A stretch of 64,000 bases of DNA, taken from Alphaproteobacteria bacterium. GTDB taxonomy: Bacteria > Pseudomonadota > Alphaproteobacteria > JANQMY01. The notes beneath the pieces were generated by a model that saw only the letters and a list, made by a program, of their open reading frames with translations, made no database searches and was not told where the DNA came from. Made by a program: the position numbers and the translations under genes. The stretch is from positions 196,886 to 260,885 of the forward strand of contig JANQPL010000014.1 in assembly GCA_028289425.1 (NCBI GenBank), in the 5' to 3' direction. Positions 30,398 to 39,693 of the stretch are shown one piece after another. Positions within the stretch are counted from its first letter, which is position 1. Every line of letters begins with the position of its first letter.

Positions 30398-31675
30398 ATG
30401 CACCATTTCGATTACATTCGCGGCACGCTCTATGCCGAGGGCGTTGCCATTTCGGAAATCGCAAAGGACGTGGGCACACCGTTCTATTGCTATTCGTCCG
30501 CCACGCTCGAGCGCCATTACAATGTGTTTAAAGGCCCGTTCCCGCAGGACACGTTGGTTTGCTATTCGGTTAAAGCCAACTCGAACACATCGGTGATCGC
30601 CACCTTGGCCCGCCTCGGCGCCGGTGCGGACATCGTTTCCGTCGGTGAATTGCGCCGGGCCTTGAAGGCCGGTGTGCCGCCGGAAAGAATCGTCTTTTCC
30701 GGTGTCGGCAAACAGCCGGAGGAACTGGCCGAAGCGCTCGACGTGGGCATCTACCAATTCAACGTAGAGTCTGAAGCAGAACTCCAGACATTATCCGACA
30801 TCGCCGTGCAGAAAGGCGTCACGGCGCCGATCGCCCTGCGGGTCAACCCCGACGTGGATGCCAAAACGCTGGCGAAGATTTCGACGGGGCGCAGCGAGAA
30901 CAAATTCGGCATCCCCTGGGCCCAGGCAGAGGCCGTCTATGACCTGGCGGGCCGGTTGCCGGGCATCGACGTCGTCGGTCTCGACGTTCATATCGGCAGC
31001 CAGATTACGGAATTAGCCCCCTTTGAATCAGCTTTTCTAAAAGTGGTTGAGATGGTGACCCGGTTGCGCGCCCGGGGGCACAACATTTCACGCATCGATT
31101 TGGGCGGCGGTCTCGGCATTCCCTACCAAACAGGCAATACACCTCCTCCGCATCCGGATGAATATGCGGCGCTCATAAATCGCATCGTCGGTGATCTGGA
31201 AACGCAGATCATCTTCGAACCAGGCCGGCTCATCGCGGGCAATGCCGGCATCCTGGTGAGCAAGGTGGTGTACACCAAAGACACGGGCACGCGCTCGTTC
31301 CTTATCCTTGATGCCGCCATGAACGATCTCATTCGGCCGGCGCTTTATGATGCCCATCACGATATTATTCCGGTAATGCAGCCACAGGCCGGCTATGCGC
31401 CCACCATCTACGATGTGGTCGGCCCGGTCTGCGAGTCCACCGACACTTTTGCCAGGGCGCGTCAATTGCCGGACATGGCGCCGGGCGATTTGGTGGCCTT
31501 TCTGTCGGCGGGCGCCTATGGGGCCGTCCAGGCGGGTACCTACAATACCCGCCCCCTGGTTCCGGAGGTTCTGGTCTGCGGCGGGCGCTATTCCGTGGTC
31601 CGGCCGCGCCCAAGTCTTGACGCATTGTTAGCGCTTGATGTGGTAGCGCCTTGGCTTGAAGAAACGGCCAAATAA
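30398..31675 (+). CDS. lysA: Diaminopimelate decarboxylase
   Basis: YSVKANS, HIGSQ, DLGGG, EPGR, GPVCES, YNTRP. Confidence 0.96.
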   Translation: MHHFDYIRGTLYAEGVAISEIAKDVGTPFYCYSSATLERHYNVFKGPFPQDTLVCYSVKANSNTSVIATLARLGAGADIVSVGELRRALKAGVPPERIVFSGVGKQPEELAEALDVGIYQFNVESEAELQTLSDIAVQKGVTAPIALRVNPDVDAKTLAKISTGRSENKFGIPWAQAEAVYDLAGRLPGIDVVGLDVHIGSQITELAPFESAFLKVVEMVTRLRARGHNISRIDLGGGLGIPYQTGNTPPPHPDEYAALINRIVGDLETQIIFEPGRLIAGNAGILVSKVVYTKDTGTRSFLILDAAMNDLIRPALYDAHHDIIPVMQPQAGYAPTIYDVVGPVCESTDTFARARQLPDMAPGDLVAFLSAGAYGAVQAGTYNTRPLVPEVLVCGGRYSVVRPRPSLDALLALDVVAPWLEETAK

Positions 31676-31730
31676 CCGCATCCTTGAGATAGGGCCCGCC
31701 CAGCGATTGGCAGGGCTTAAAGGGATCTTG

Positions 31731-34313
31731 GTGAAGAAAACAGACTCCGCCAGCCGCCGCGCCGGCTCAACACGCTATAGCGGCACCATAGAGCGTCAGA
31801 TTCGCCTGACGCGGCTGGCCCTGGCGTGGGAGCAGGTCTGGAAGGCCTTGTGGCCCGCCAGCGGATTTGTCGGATTGTTCGTTGGCCTAAGTCTGCTCGG
31901 AACTTGGGCGTTTCTACCCGGTAGCATCCATGCCGCAGCACTTGCCGCCACCATCGCAGCAACCGCCGTGTCGCTCTGGTTCGGTTTCAGATCTTTTTCG
32001 GTTGCAAATCGGGACCAGGCCATCCGGCGCCTCGAAACGTCAAACCGGATCGATCACCGCATCCTTTCCAGCTTGCATGACAAACTTGCGCCGGTGTCGA
32101 TCAACGACGACACGGATGTTTTGTGGCGCGAACACAAGCGGCGGCTTGCGCAACAAGTCAACAATGTAAAGGCGCCCATGCCGCGCAGCCATTTGCCGCG
32201 GCGCGATCCGAACGCTTTCAGGTTTGCGGTCGTGTTGTTGCTGTTCGTCGCCGGCGTGATTGCCCAGGGTGACTGGGAACACCGTCTGCAGCTTGCCCTC
32301 AGTCCCAACACGAAGGAAACGATCGGTCAGGTAACGCGCATCGACGCTTGGATCACGCCCCCCACCTATACCGATACGCCGCCCCTGTTCCTGACGGAAG
32401 ACGGTGCTGTTTCCGAAACCGTTCAAAACGAAACTATTCTGGTGCCGGAAGGATCGCACCTTTCCGTAAAGGTGAGTGGCAGCACGCAACAACCGACCTT
32501 GAGCTTGAGCGGGCGTGCTGATACCGACGCCGATTTTGTTGCCCAGTCCGACAGCGTGTTTGAGGCCAAACTGACGGTTACGGAAACGACGCGAGTGAAT
32601 GTCCGTCAAGGCTTGTTCTCTTTGGTCGTTTGGGACATTTCGGTGTCGCCCGACACCGTGCCTGTGGTGGCCCTCACCGGCAAGGTAGAGCCGGATCATC
32701 GTCAGGCAGTCAACGTGCCTTACAAAGCAACAGACGATTACGGCATTTCGGAATTGTCGTTGTTTCTTACCCTCAAGGACAAAGACGCTGGCGTCGCCAA
32801 ATATTACGGCTCGGAGCACAGCGTCGAGCTGACACCGTTATCGCTGGATTCAACGTCGATCAAAGAAACGGCGCAAGAGAACTTGACCGAACACCCTTGG
32901 TCCGGGTTGCCGGTCGAGCTGACCGTCCGCGCCAAGGACGAGCGCGGCCAACGAGGTGAAAGCATCCCTGTACAGATTACCTTGCCGGAACGTCACTTCA
33001 CCAAACCGCTTGCCGCCGCGGTCATCGAACAAAGAAAAAATCTGGCGCATGGTCTCATGACCGCTGAAAAGGTAGCGAAGTATCTGGACGCGCTGACCAC
33101 CGCGCCGGACGATACATATTTCGAGGACATCACAATCTATCTGGGCATGCGTGCTGCCTATTGGCGATTGTCGCGCGTCGCCGATTTCACAAAGTATCGC
33201 GCGCTGGCGGCCCGCCAGATGCCCGGCGTCCAATCTCAGGAAGCTGTGGACGATTTCGACGAAAAGATAGAAACACTGACCAAAAGCACCGTAAAGCTGC
33301 TGTGGGACGTGGCACTCAAGATTGAGGACGGCGATAAATCCCTCGCCGAGCGTGAATTGCTTGCCGCTCAAGAAGCGCTTATGGAAGCGCTTGAGAACGG
33401 CGCGAGCGACGAAGAAATCGCGGCTCTGGTGGAGAACCTAAAGCAGGCGCTCGACCGCTATTTGGAAGCTCTGGCGCGCCAGGCTCTAGAGGAGTTTCAG
33501 AGAACCGGGCGCGCGCCGCCTCCGGCCGACCCCAATGCGCCAGTCATCGAGATGGAAGATCTGGATGATCTGCTGGAATCAATCGAGGAGCTTGCGGAAA
33601 CCGGCGCCAGGGAGTCAGCGCGCCAGCTATTGTCCCAATTGCAGGGGTTATTGCAAAACCTGCAGCCCGGCGACTTTGCACCGTCGCTCACGCCCTCTCA
33701 ACAGGCGATGCAAAATGCGCTGGGCAAGCTCGGCGACATGATCGGCGATCAGCGCGGTGTCATGGATGAGACCTTTCAACAAAACCAAAACGGCACCGCC
33801 CCCCAAACCGGCGAAGACGGGGACCCTGCCCAAGCCCTACAGGATCTGGCGAACCGGCAGCGCGGCATCGGCGATACGCTGGAAGGAATATTGGGAGAGC
33901 TCGGTGAGAACGGCGCCGACATTCCGTCCGCCCTCGGACAAGCTGAGCGCTCCATTGAACGCGGGGCAAACGCGCTTGACTCGGGCGAAACCGGCCGCGC
34001 CTTGGATCAACAGGGGCGGACCATCGACCAGTTGCGACAAGGCGCCCAGGAATTGGCCCAACAGCTCCTTGACCAATTGCAAGGTTCCGGTACTGGGATT
34101 GGCCAGGGCGGACAGCGGGGTCGCGACACAGACCCGCTGGGCCGCCCGAATGCGGGCGCCGGTCCCGATTTCGGCGATTCCGTCAAAGTGCCCAGCGAAC
34201 GGTCCCTTCAACGGGCCCGCGATATCCTTAAAGAAATCCAGCGCCGCGCGGCCGACAAGTCACGGCCCATGCCTGAGCTTGAATATCTGGAGCGTCTGCT
34301 GAAAAGATTCTGA
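31731..34313 (+). CDS. TIGR02302/DUF4175-family membrane protein
   Basis: N-terminal TMs, WITPPTYT, LTEHPW, Gln-rich coiled region, DPLGRP, ELEYLERLL; downstream of lysA. Confidence 0.85.
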   Translation: MKKTDSASRRAGSTRYSGTIERQIRLTRLALAWEQVWKALWPASGFVGLFVGLSLLGTWAFLPGSIHAAALAATIAATAVSLWFGFRSFSVANRDQAIRRLETSNRIDHRILSSLHDKLAPVSINDDTDVLWREHKRRLAQQVNNVKAPMPRSHLPRRDPNAFRFAVVLLLFVAGVIAQGDWEHRLQLALSPNTKETIGQVTRIDAWITPPTYTDTPPLFLTEDGAVSETVQNETILVPEGSHLSVKVSGSTQQPTLSLSGRADTDADFVAQSDSVFEAKLTVTETTRVNVRQGLFSLVVWDISVSPDTVPVVALTGKVEPDHRQAVNVPYKATDDYGISELSLFLTLKDKDAGVAKYYGSEHSVELTPLSLDSTSIKETAQENLTEHPWSGLPVELTVRAKDERGQRGESIPVQITLPERHFTKPLAAAVIEQRKNLAHGLMTAEKVAKYLDALTTAPDDTYFEDITIYLGMRAAYWRLSRVADFTKYRALAARQMPGVQSQEAVDDFDEKIETLTKSTVKLLWDVALKIEDGDKSLAERELLAAQEALMEALENGASDEEIAALVENLKQALDRYLEALARQALEEFQRTGRAPPPADPNAPVIEMEDLDDLLESIEELAETGARESARQLLSQLQGLLQNLQPGDFAPSLTPSQQAMQNALGKLGDMIGDQRGVMDETFQQNQNGTAPQTGEDGDPAQALQDLANRQRGIGDTLEGILGELGENGADIPSALGQAERSIERGANALDSGETGRALDQQGRTIDQLRQGAQELAQQLLDQLQGSGTGIGQGGQRGRDTDPLGRPNAGAGPDFGDSVKVPSERSLQRARDILKEIQRRAADKSRPMPELEYLERLLKRF

Positions 34314-34347
34314 GGGCTGTTGCCGCCGCGCCGATGTATTTTCTCAA

Positions 34348-34611
34348 CGTCTTTGCGAGGAGCGAGCTGCCCTGGATCACCCGGACGGAGTTTATCCTTG
34401 TGCTGGCCGAAGGCCAGACACGAGGGCCGGGTGATGACGCATTTGGTAAATTGTCCGCCCCTTCCTCTTTCGTCATTACACGGTAAGCGGCCCGCAGGGT
34501 CGCGCATCCGGGTAATCCAGAGCCGCTTGCGCTGAGCGGCTGGCAATGGATTGCTTCGCGGAGCCTGTCCTCCGGCCGCGCACAGCGCGGACCGGGACGC
34601 TCGCAATGACG
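34348..34611. repeat. Palindromic (MITE/REP-like) element with a nested second repeat
   Basis: Terminal inverted repeats CGTCTTTGCGAG / CTCGCAATGACG (11/12 match) and internal GGATTGCTTCG; encloses a unit (34365-34526) that recurs at 44434-44557. Confidence 0.7.
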
Positions 34612-34645
34612 AGTTGTGGAATCGTGGCTAACGCCGGCATCTTCC

Positions 34646-35011
34646 CTAAACCGTCGCGCACAGGGCTTCTTCTACCTGTGCGCAGATATCATCCATCGAA
34701 AATGGCTTGGAAACGATGGTGTGGACCAAATCATCCAACGCTTCGGCGCGTTCTTTTTCGGCCACATAGCCGGTCATCATGATGATGGGCAGATCCGGAT
34801 GATTGCGCGATGCATTCAGCGCAAGGGTAATGCCGTCCATCACAGGCATCATGATGTCGCTCAACAAGAGATCGAACCGTTCTTTGCCCAGCAATGCGAG
34901 CGCTTCCGCACCGTCTTCCGCGGTCGCCACCTTATGGCCCCGCAAGCTCAACGCCCGCGCAAGGAACACCCGGAGGGCTTCTTCGTCGTCCGCAACCAGA
35001 ATGTGTGCCAT
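34646..35011 (-). CDS. Single-domain response regulator (CpdR-like)
   Basis: ILVADDE, LLSDIMMPVMDG, MTGY, SKPF; no output domain. Confidence 0.9.
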   Translation of the reverse strand: MAHILVADDEEALRVFLARALSLRGHKVATAEDGAEALALLGKERFDLLLSDIMMPVMDGITLALNASRNHPDLPIIMMTGYVAEKERAEALDDLVHTIVSKPFSMDDICAQVEEALCATV

Positions 35012-35090
35012 AAGCTTATAGACCCACGCGCGCGACACGCGTTTCAAACTGAGACAGAATCCTATCTGCGCTACTGGTGCCCCAAGGATA

Positions 35091-35105
35091 TTAAGACTTC
35101 GTTTA
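35091..35105. promoter_or_regulatory. CtrA-like box
   Basis: TTAA-GACTTCG-TTTA (one mismatch to TTAA-N7-TTAA), 80 bp upstream of the response regulator. Confidence 0.4.
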
Positions 35106-35148
35106 TGACGTTTGGGCGGTGGGCACCCGGGGGCGTTCGCTTTCCCGC

Positions 35149-35832
35149 CTACAATCCGGAAACGGTGTCATTCTGGTCGAACTCGACCTTCAGATGGGTC
35201 GCGCCGTTCGGCGGACTGTGAAGGTTCGAGACAAAGCGATAGTCTTCCTGTGGGTCCAAGCGTCCCAACGGTAAGGCGTGGAACCACCAGTAAACCTCTT
35301 CACCCTTTTCATCCATCAGGCTGAGGCGTACCCGCGGCACGGGAACCGCCCGGTTGGTGAGGTTCACAACCCGTCCCCGTACGGACAGGATCGGCAGACC
35401 ATCTTCCGTGTTGCGTTCCGTGGCGATGTCGCGCAAGGCGATGCCGGTCACATTGGTATCAATGCCCAATACCCGATAGGCGGAGACGGTCTGCGGCCAG
35501 GCCTTTACGATAAAGTGGCGGTATTGGTAAGCGCTTGCGGTCGCACCCCCCATAATGAGCAAGAGGAGTGCCCAGCCGGCAATATGAGCCGCGGAGAGGC
35601 CGGCACGCGCGGTACGGGGCACAGGCTGCCCTGACTCATCACCGTAACCATGATCATGGTCGTCCGCGCCAAATCCCTCAACCGTATCGATCGCATGGTC
35701 TTCGGGTTCAGGTGCCGCTTCCTGGAACCAGACGAATCCACAATTGGCACACTTCACTTTGCGTCCGGATGGCGCAAACGCCTTCTCGTCCGCCTTGTAG
35801 CGTTTTCCACAATCGGGACACGTGATAATCAT
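35149..35832 (-). CDS. Zinc-ribbon (MJ0042-type) + TM + DUF3426 protein, ZitP-like
   Basis: MIITCPDC...VKCANCGFVW, a single TM, C-terminal Ig-like region; divergent from ftsE. Confidence 0.82.
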   Translation of the reverse strand: MIITCPDCGKRYKADEKAFAPSGRKVKCANCGFVWFQEAAPEPEDHAIDTVEGFGADDHDHGYGDESGQPVPRTARAGLSAAHIAGWALLLLIMGGATASAYQYRHFIVKAWPQTVSAYRVLGIDTNVTGIALRDIATERNTEDGLPILSVRGRVVNLTNRAVPVPRVRLSLMDEKGEEVYWWFHALPLGRLDPQEDYRFVSNLHSPPNGATHLKVEFDQNDTVSGL

Positions 35833-35945
35833 AGTTTTTCCGCCCTCTGCCCCTCAGTTTTATTGACATATGACGCCGCACAAGGCAAGGACGGCAAGGG
35901 GCCATCACTGGACCTTTCTGCAACACGTGAGCTCGGAATCTCCCC

Positions 35946-36665
35946 GTGATCCGCTTTGAAAATGTCGGCATGCGCTATGGCTCGGGACCAGAAATCCTGC
36001 GCGATATCTCGTTTCATATCGCGCCCGGATCGCTGCATTTTCTGACCGGCCCCTCCGGTGCCGGAAAAACCTCGCTTTTGAAGCTGATGTTGCTCACCCA
36101 TCGCCCATCGCGTGGCCTGATCTCGCTGTTTGGCGCCGATTTGGCCACCACGCCGCGCCACGTTTTCCCCGAAATTCGGCGCCGCGTTGGGGTGGTTTTC
36201 CAAGATTTTAGGCTTCTGGATCATCTTTCGGCTTACGACAATGTGGCTTTGCCCCTGAGGGTCGCCTCTCTCCGGGAAGCAGAATACCGCGAAAATGTCA
36301 TCGAACTGTTGACTTGGGTCGGATTAGGCGACCGGATCGATGCGCGGCCGCCAACCCTGTCCGGCGGCGAAAAACAGCGGGTGGCTATTGCCAGGGCGGT
36401 GGTGGCCAAGCCGGACCTGCTGTTGGCCGACGAACCCACAGGCAATGTGGACCCGGAAATGGGCGATCGCCTGCTCCGGCTTTTCATGGAACTCAACAAA
36501 TTAGGCACGTCAGTCATCATCGCGACCCATGATTTCGCCATTCTGGACCGTTACGCTGCGCCGGAAATGCGCCTCAGAGATGGGTACATGACCTATATGA
36601 CCACCGTACAAGCGCAAAAACAGCGGGAGCGCCACCCGCTTAGCCGGAAACGCAGCAGGGCCTGA
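35946..36665 (+). CDS. ftsE: Cell division ATP-binding protein
   Basis: GPSGAGKTS, VVFQDFRLL, LSGGEKQR, LADEPTGNVD. Confidence 0.93.
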   Translation: MIRFENVGMRYGSGPEILRDISFHIAPGSLHFLTGPSGAGKTSLLKLMLLTHRPSRGLISLFGADLATTPRHVFPEIRRRVGVVFQDFRLLDHLSAYDNVALPLRVASLREAEYRENVIELLTWVGLGDRIDARPPTLSGGEKQRVAIARAVVAKPDLLLADEPTGNVDPEMGDRLLRLFMELNKLGTSVIIATHDFAILDRYAAPEMRLRDGYMTYMTTVQAQKQRERHPLSRKRSRA

Positions 36666-36678
36666 TAGAGCGAAGACC

Positions 36679-37554
36679 TTGGATAAACCTGGCAAAATCC
36701 TGCCGCGTGGCGGCACCATCGGGCGCCCTCTACAAACGGTGATGGCAATCATGTGTTATCTGGCGGCACTGTCCCTGGGCAGCGCGCTGGCGGTCAATCG
36801 CCTGTCCGAGAATTGGACATCCGACTTGGCCGGACAAATCACCGTGACGGTTAAATCGGTCCGCGGCGTGTCACTTGATCAACAAATGGATGGGGCACTC
36901 GCCGTATTGGAAACAACGAAAGGGGTGTTGCTTGCCCGGGCGGCTTCTGACGGCGAACTGAAGGCGCTGCTCACGCCTTACTTGGGCAACAGTGTCGAAA
37001 TCGACCGGCTGCCCATTCCAAAGTTAATCTTTGTACAGATTGATACGATCAACAAACCGGATTTCGAGGAACTTGCAACGCGCCTTACCGAAGCGGCGCC
37101 GGGTGCTGCCCTCGACGATCATTCGCGATGGAACGCGCAGCTTCAAAGTTTTGCCACGGGGCTCGCGAGCGTCGGGCTTGCCGTCTTGCTGCTGACTACC
37201 GTTGCGACCATCGCCACCGTGATTTACGCAACACGCGCCGGATTGTTGGCGAACAGGGACACAATCGAAGTGTTGCACATGGTCGGTGCGCAAGACCGTT
37301 TCATCGCCGGCGAATTTCAGAATCATTTCTGGTCGCTTGGATTGATTGCGGGCTGCATCGGGCTGGCGGCGGCGGCGATTACCTTTTGGGGATTTGCATC
37401 GCTTACGGATCATTCCACCAGCTTGCTCACGCCTGACTTTACCCCTACCGCCATCGAAATCGCCTCGCTTCTCCTGATCCCCATCTTTGCCTCGTTGGTA
37501 TCCATGGTAACAGCCCGGCTGACGGCATTGAGCGTGATCGGACAGATGCCCTAG
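36679..37554 (+). CDS. ftsX: Cell division permease
   Basis: 1+3 TM layout, DDH, IEVLHMVGAQDRFI; follows ftsE. Confidence 0.9.
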   Translation: MDKPGKILPRGGTIGRPLQTVMAIMCYLAALSLGSALAVNRLSENWTSDLAGQITVTVKSVRGVSLDQQMDGALAVLETTKGVLLARAASDGELKALLTPYLGNSVEIDRLPIPKLIFVQIDTINKPDFEELATRLTEAAPGAALDDHSRWNAQLQSFATGLASVGLAVLLLTTVATIATVIYATRAGLLANRDTIEVLHMVGAQDRFIAGEFQNHFWSLGLIAGCIGLAAAAITFWGFASLTDHSTSLLTPDFTPTAIEIASLLLIPIFASLVSMVTARLTALSVIGQMP

Positions 37555-37565
37555 AGGCCAATACT

Positions 37566-38114
37566 ATGCGCCCGAAACTTGTGCTGCTCGATCGCGACGG
37601 TGTGCTCAACGAAGACCGCGACGATTTCATTAAGAACCCGGGCGAACTGATCATGTTGCCCGATAGCGCAGCGGCGGTGGGAAAACTCACCGCTGCCGGC
37701 ATCAAAACCGCCATTGTCACCAACCAATCGGGTATTGGCCGCGGCCTATTCGACGAAGCGATGCTGACGCGCATTCACGAGCAGCTGCGCAACGAAACGG
37801 CCCGTTTCGGCGGACATTATGACGCCATTTTCTTCTGCCCAGATCCTCCCTGGGCGGCAGGCCCAAACCGAAAACCCGAACCCGGCATGTTGCGCCAAGC
37901 CATGTCGCGTTTCCGGGCAACACCGGGAGAATGTGTCTTGATCGGGGACAGTCTGCGCGACTTGCAGGCGGCTCAAAAGGCCGGATGCCGACGGATCCTG
38001 GTACGCACGGGCAATGGCGCCAAAACGCAAGCGCAAGGGCTCCCCCCGGAAGTATTACCGGTTTCCGTGTATAATGATTTGGGCGCCGCGGTGGATACAT
38101 TATTGGGGGAGTAG
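37566..38114 (+). CDS. gmhB: D,D-heptose 1,7-bisphosphate phosphatase-like HAD IIIA hydrolase
   Basis: LDRDGVLN, VTNQSGIGRG, RKPEPGM, IGDSLRD. Confidence 0.8.
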   Translation: MRPKLVLLDRDGVLNEDRDDFIKNPGELIMLPDSAAAVGKLTAAGIKTAIVTNQSGIGRGLFDEAMLTRIHEQLRNETARFGGHYDAIFFCPDPPWAAGPNRKPEPGMLRQAMSRFRATPGECVLIGDSLRDLQAAQKAGCRRILVRTGNGAKTQAQGLPPEVLPVSVYNDLGAAVDTLLGE

Positions 38115-38216
38115 ACCGGTTTCCGCCGGGCTAAGCGCCCTCCCCGAACGACAAAAAAACCTTGGCTTAAGAAGGCTTTGCTAGGCTTGGGCCGTTCAAG
38201 GAGGAAATGTCGTCCC

Positions 38217-38813
38217 ATGTCGCTGGGTCTAGACCGATTCGTCAGACGCGCGTTTTTGCCCCTGCTGCTCGCCATCAGTGCCGCCTGGGTGTGGGGACTG
38301 GTGAGCTTCGTAAACGGTCTGCCCAAGCCGCTGCCTTTGATGCCCGGCACTGCGGACGGCATCGTGACGCTGACCGGCGGACCGGACCGGATCAGGACCG
38401 GGATGGCCTTGCTGGACAATGGGGCCGCACCGCGCCTTCTGATCTCGGGCGTCTTTCAAGACACCAGCCGAGCCGACCTACGCCAATTGCTCGGAAGATC
38501 CCAAGCGCGATTTGACTGCTGTGTGGATGTGGGGCGCGTTGCGCGCAACACGGTGGGCAATGCTCAAGAAACAGCGAATTGGGCAAAACAGCGTGGCTAT
38601 AAAAAAATCATCATCGTGACGGCCGCCTTTCACATGCCGCGCAGCTTGCTTGAACTGCAGGACGCCATGCCCGGCGTGGAGCTTATTCCGTATCCGGTGG
38701 TATCCACCAGCGAAAACCTGAACGGCTGGTGGTCGCGTCCCTCGACAATCCGTAAGCTGAGCTTCGAATACACAAAATACTTGCTAACCCGCCTGCGTTT
38801 GAGCATCTTCTGA
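38217..38813 (+). CDS. YdcF/DUF218 family protein
   Basis: GIVTLTGG, LLISG, NTVGNA, VTAAFHMPRS, EYTK. Confidence 0.88.
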   Translation: MSLGLDRFVRRAFLPLLLAISAAWVWGLVSFVNGLPKPLPLMPGTADGIVTLTGGPDRIRTGMALLDNGAAPRLLISGVFQDTSRADLRQLLGRSQARFDCCVDVGRVARNTVGNAQETANWAKQRGYKKIIIVTAAFHMPRSLLELQDAMPGVELIPYPVVSTSENLNGWWSRPSTIRKLSFEYTKYLLTRLRLSIF

Positions 38814-38841
38814 CGGCGTCAATAACAACAAAACAAGCCTT

Positions 38842-39558
38842 ATGCTTCTGTTGCGGTCGATTTTGTTTCAAACCTATTGGTGGGGCATTTCTGCGGTGAT
38901 GACGATCAGTCATGTGCCACTGTTCCTGGCCCCACGCAAATGGACGGTGCATCAAATCAAGATGTGGGGCCGGGTTTCCCTATGGGGACTGCGGAACATT
39001 GTCGGGCTTGATGTGGAAGTGCGCGGCCGCGAGCACATTCCCCAGGGCGGCGCCCTGATTGCGTCAAAGCACCAGACCATGTGGGAGACCATCGCCCTCT
39101 TCAATCTCAATCCGGATCCGGCGATCATCTTCAAGCGAGAGCTCACCTATGTGCCGTTTTACGGCTGGTACGCCATGAAGGCGGGCATGATCCTGATTGA
39201 CCGGTCGACCAAGGCCACGGCCATGCGGCGCATGATCCGCCGGGGTCAGGAATGCATCGACCAAAACCGGCAGATCGTTGTGTTCCCGGAAGGCACCAGG
39301 CGGCCGGTAGGGGCTGAACCCGATTACAAATCGGGGATTTATGGGCTCTACGGCCAGTTGAACGTGCCGTGCGTGCCGGTGGCCCATAATTCGGGGCTTT
39401 ATTGGCCAAGGCGCGGCTATACCTGGCGCCCCGGCAAGGTGATCATCGAATTCCTGCCGCCGATCGCCCCGGGCCTGAAACGCCAAGAATTCATGGACAC
39501 CCTGCAAAACACCATCGAAGCCGCCACCGACCGGCTGGTGGCAGAGGGGCAAAACTAG
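38842..39558 (+). CDS. plsC: 1-acyl-sn-glycerol-3-phosphate acyltransferase
   Basis: KHQTMWET (HxxxxE), IDR, FPEGTR, VPVA. Confidence 0.88.
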   Translation: MLLLRSILFQTYWWGISAVMTISHVPLFLAPRKWTVHQIKMWGRVSLWGLRNIVGLDVEVRGREHIPQGGALIASKHQTMWETIALFNLNPDPAIIFKRELTYVPFYGWYAMKAGMILIDRSTKATAMRRMIRRGQECIDQNRQIVVFPEGTRRPVGAEPDYKSGIYGLYGQLNVPCVPVAHNSGLYWPRRGYTWRPGKVIIEFLPPIAPGLKRQEFMDTLQNTIEAATDRLVAEGQN

Positions 39559-39584
39559 AACATTAACGAACACGTAACGATTGC

Positions 39585-39599
39585 GAACAAAAAGCGAAC
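39585..39599. promoter_or_regulatory. Alphaproteobacterial LexA (SOS) box
   Basis: GAAC-AAAAAGC-GAAC, a perfect GAAC-N7-GAAC about 95 bp upstream of nrdJ; a second GAAC-N6-GAAC lies at 39558-39571. Confidence 0.7.
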
Positions 39600-39693
39600 A
39601 TTTTGTTGGTTCACTGGCAAGGATGCGCTAAAGTGAGCCCGCTATGCTGAGGGAAATAACCAACCGAGAGGCAAGATCACCAACGGAACTGAG

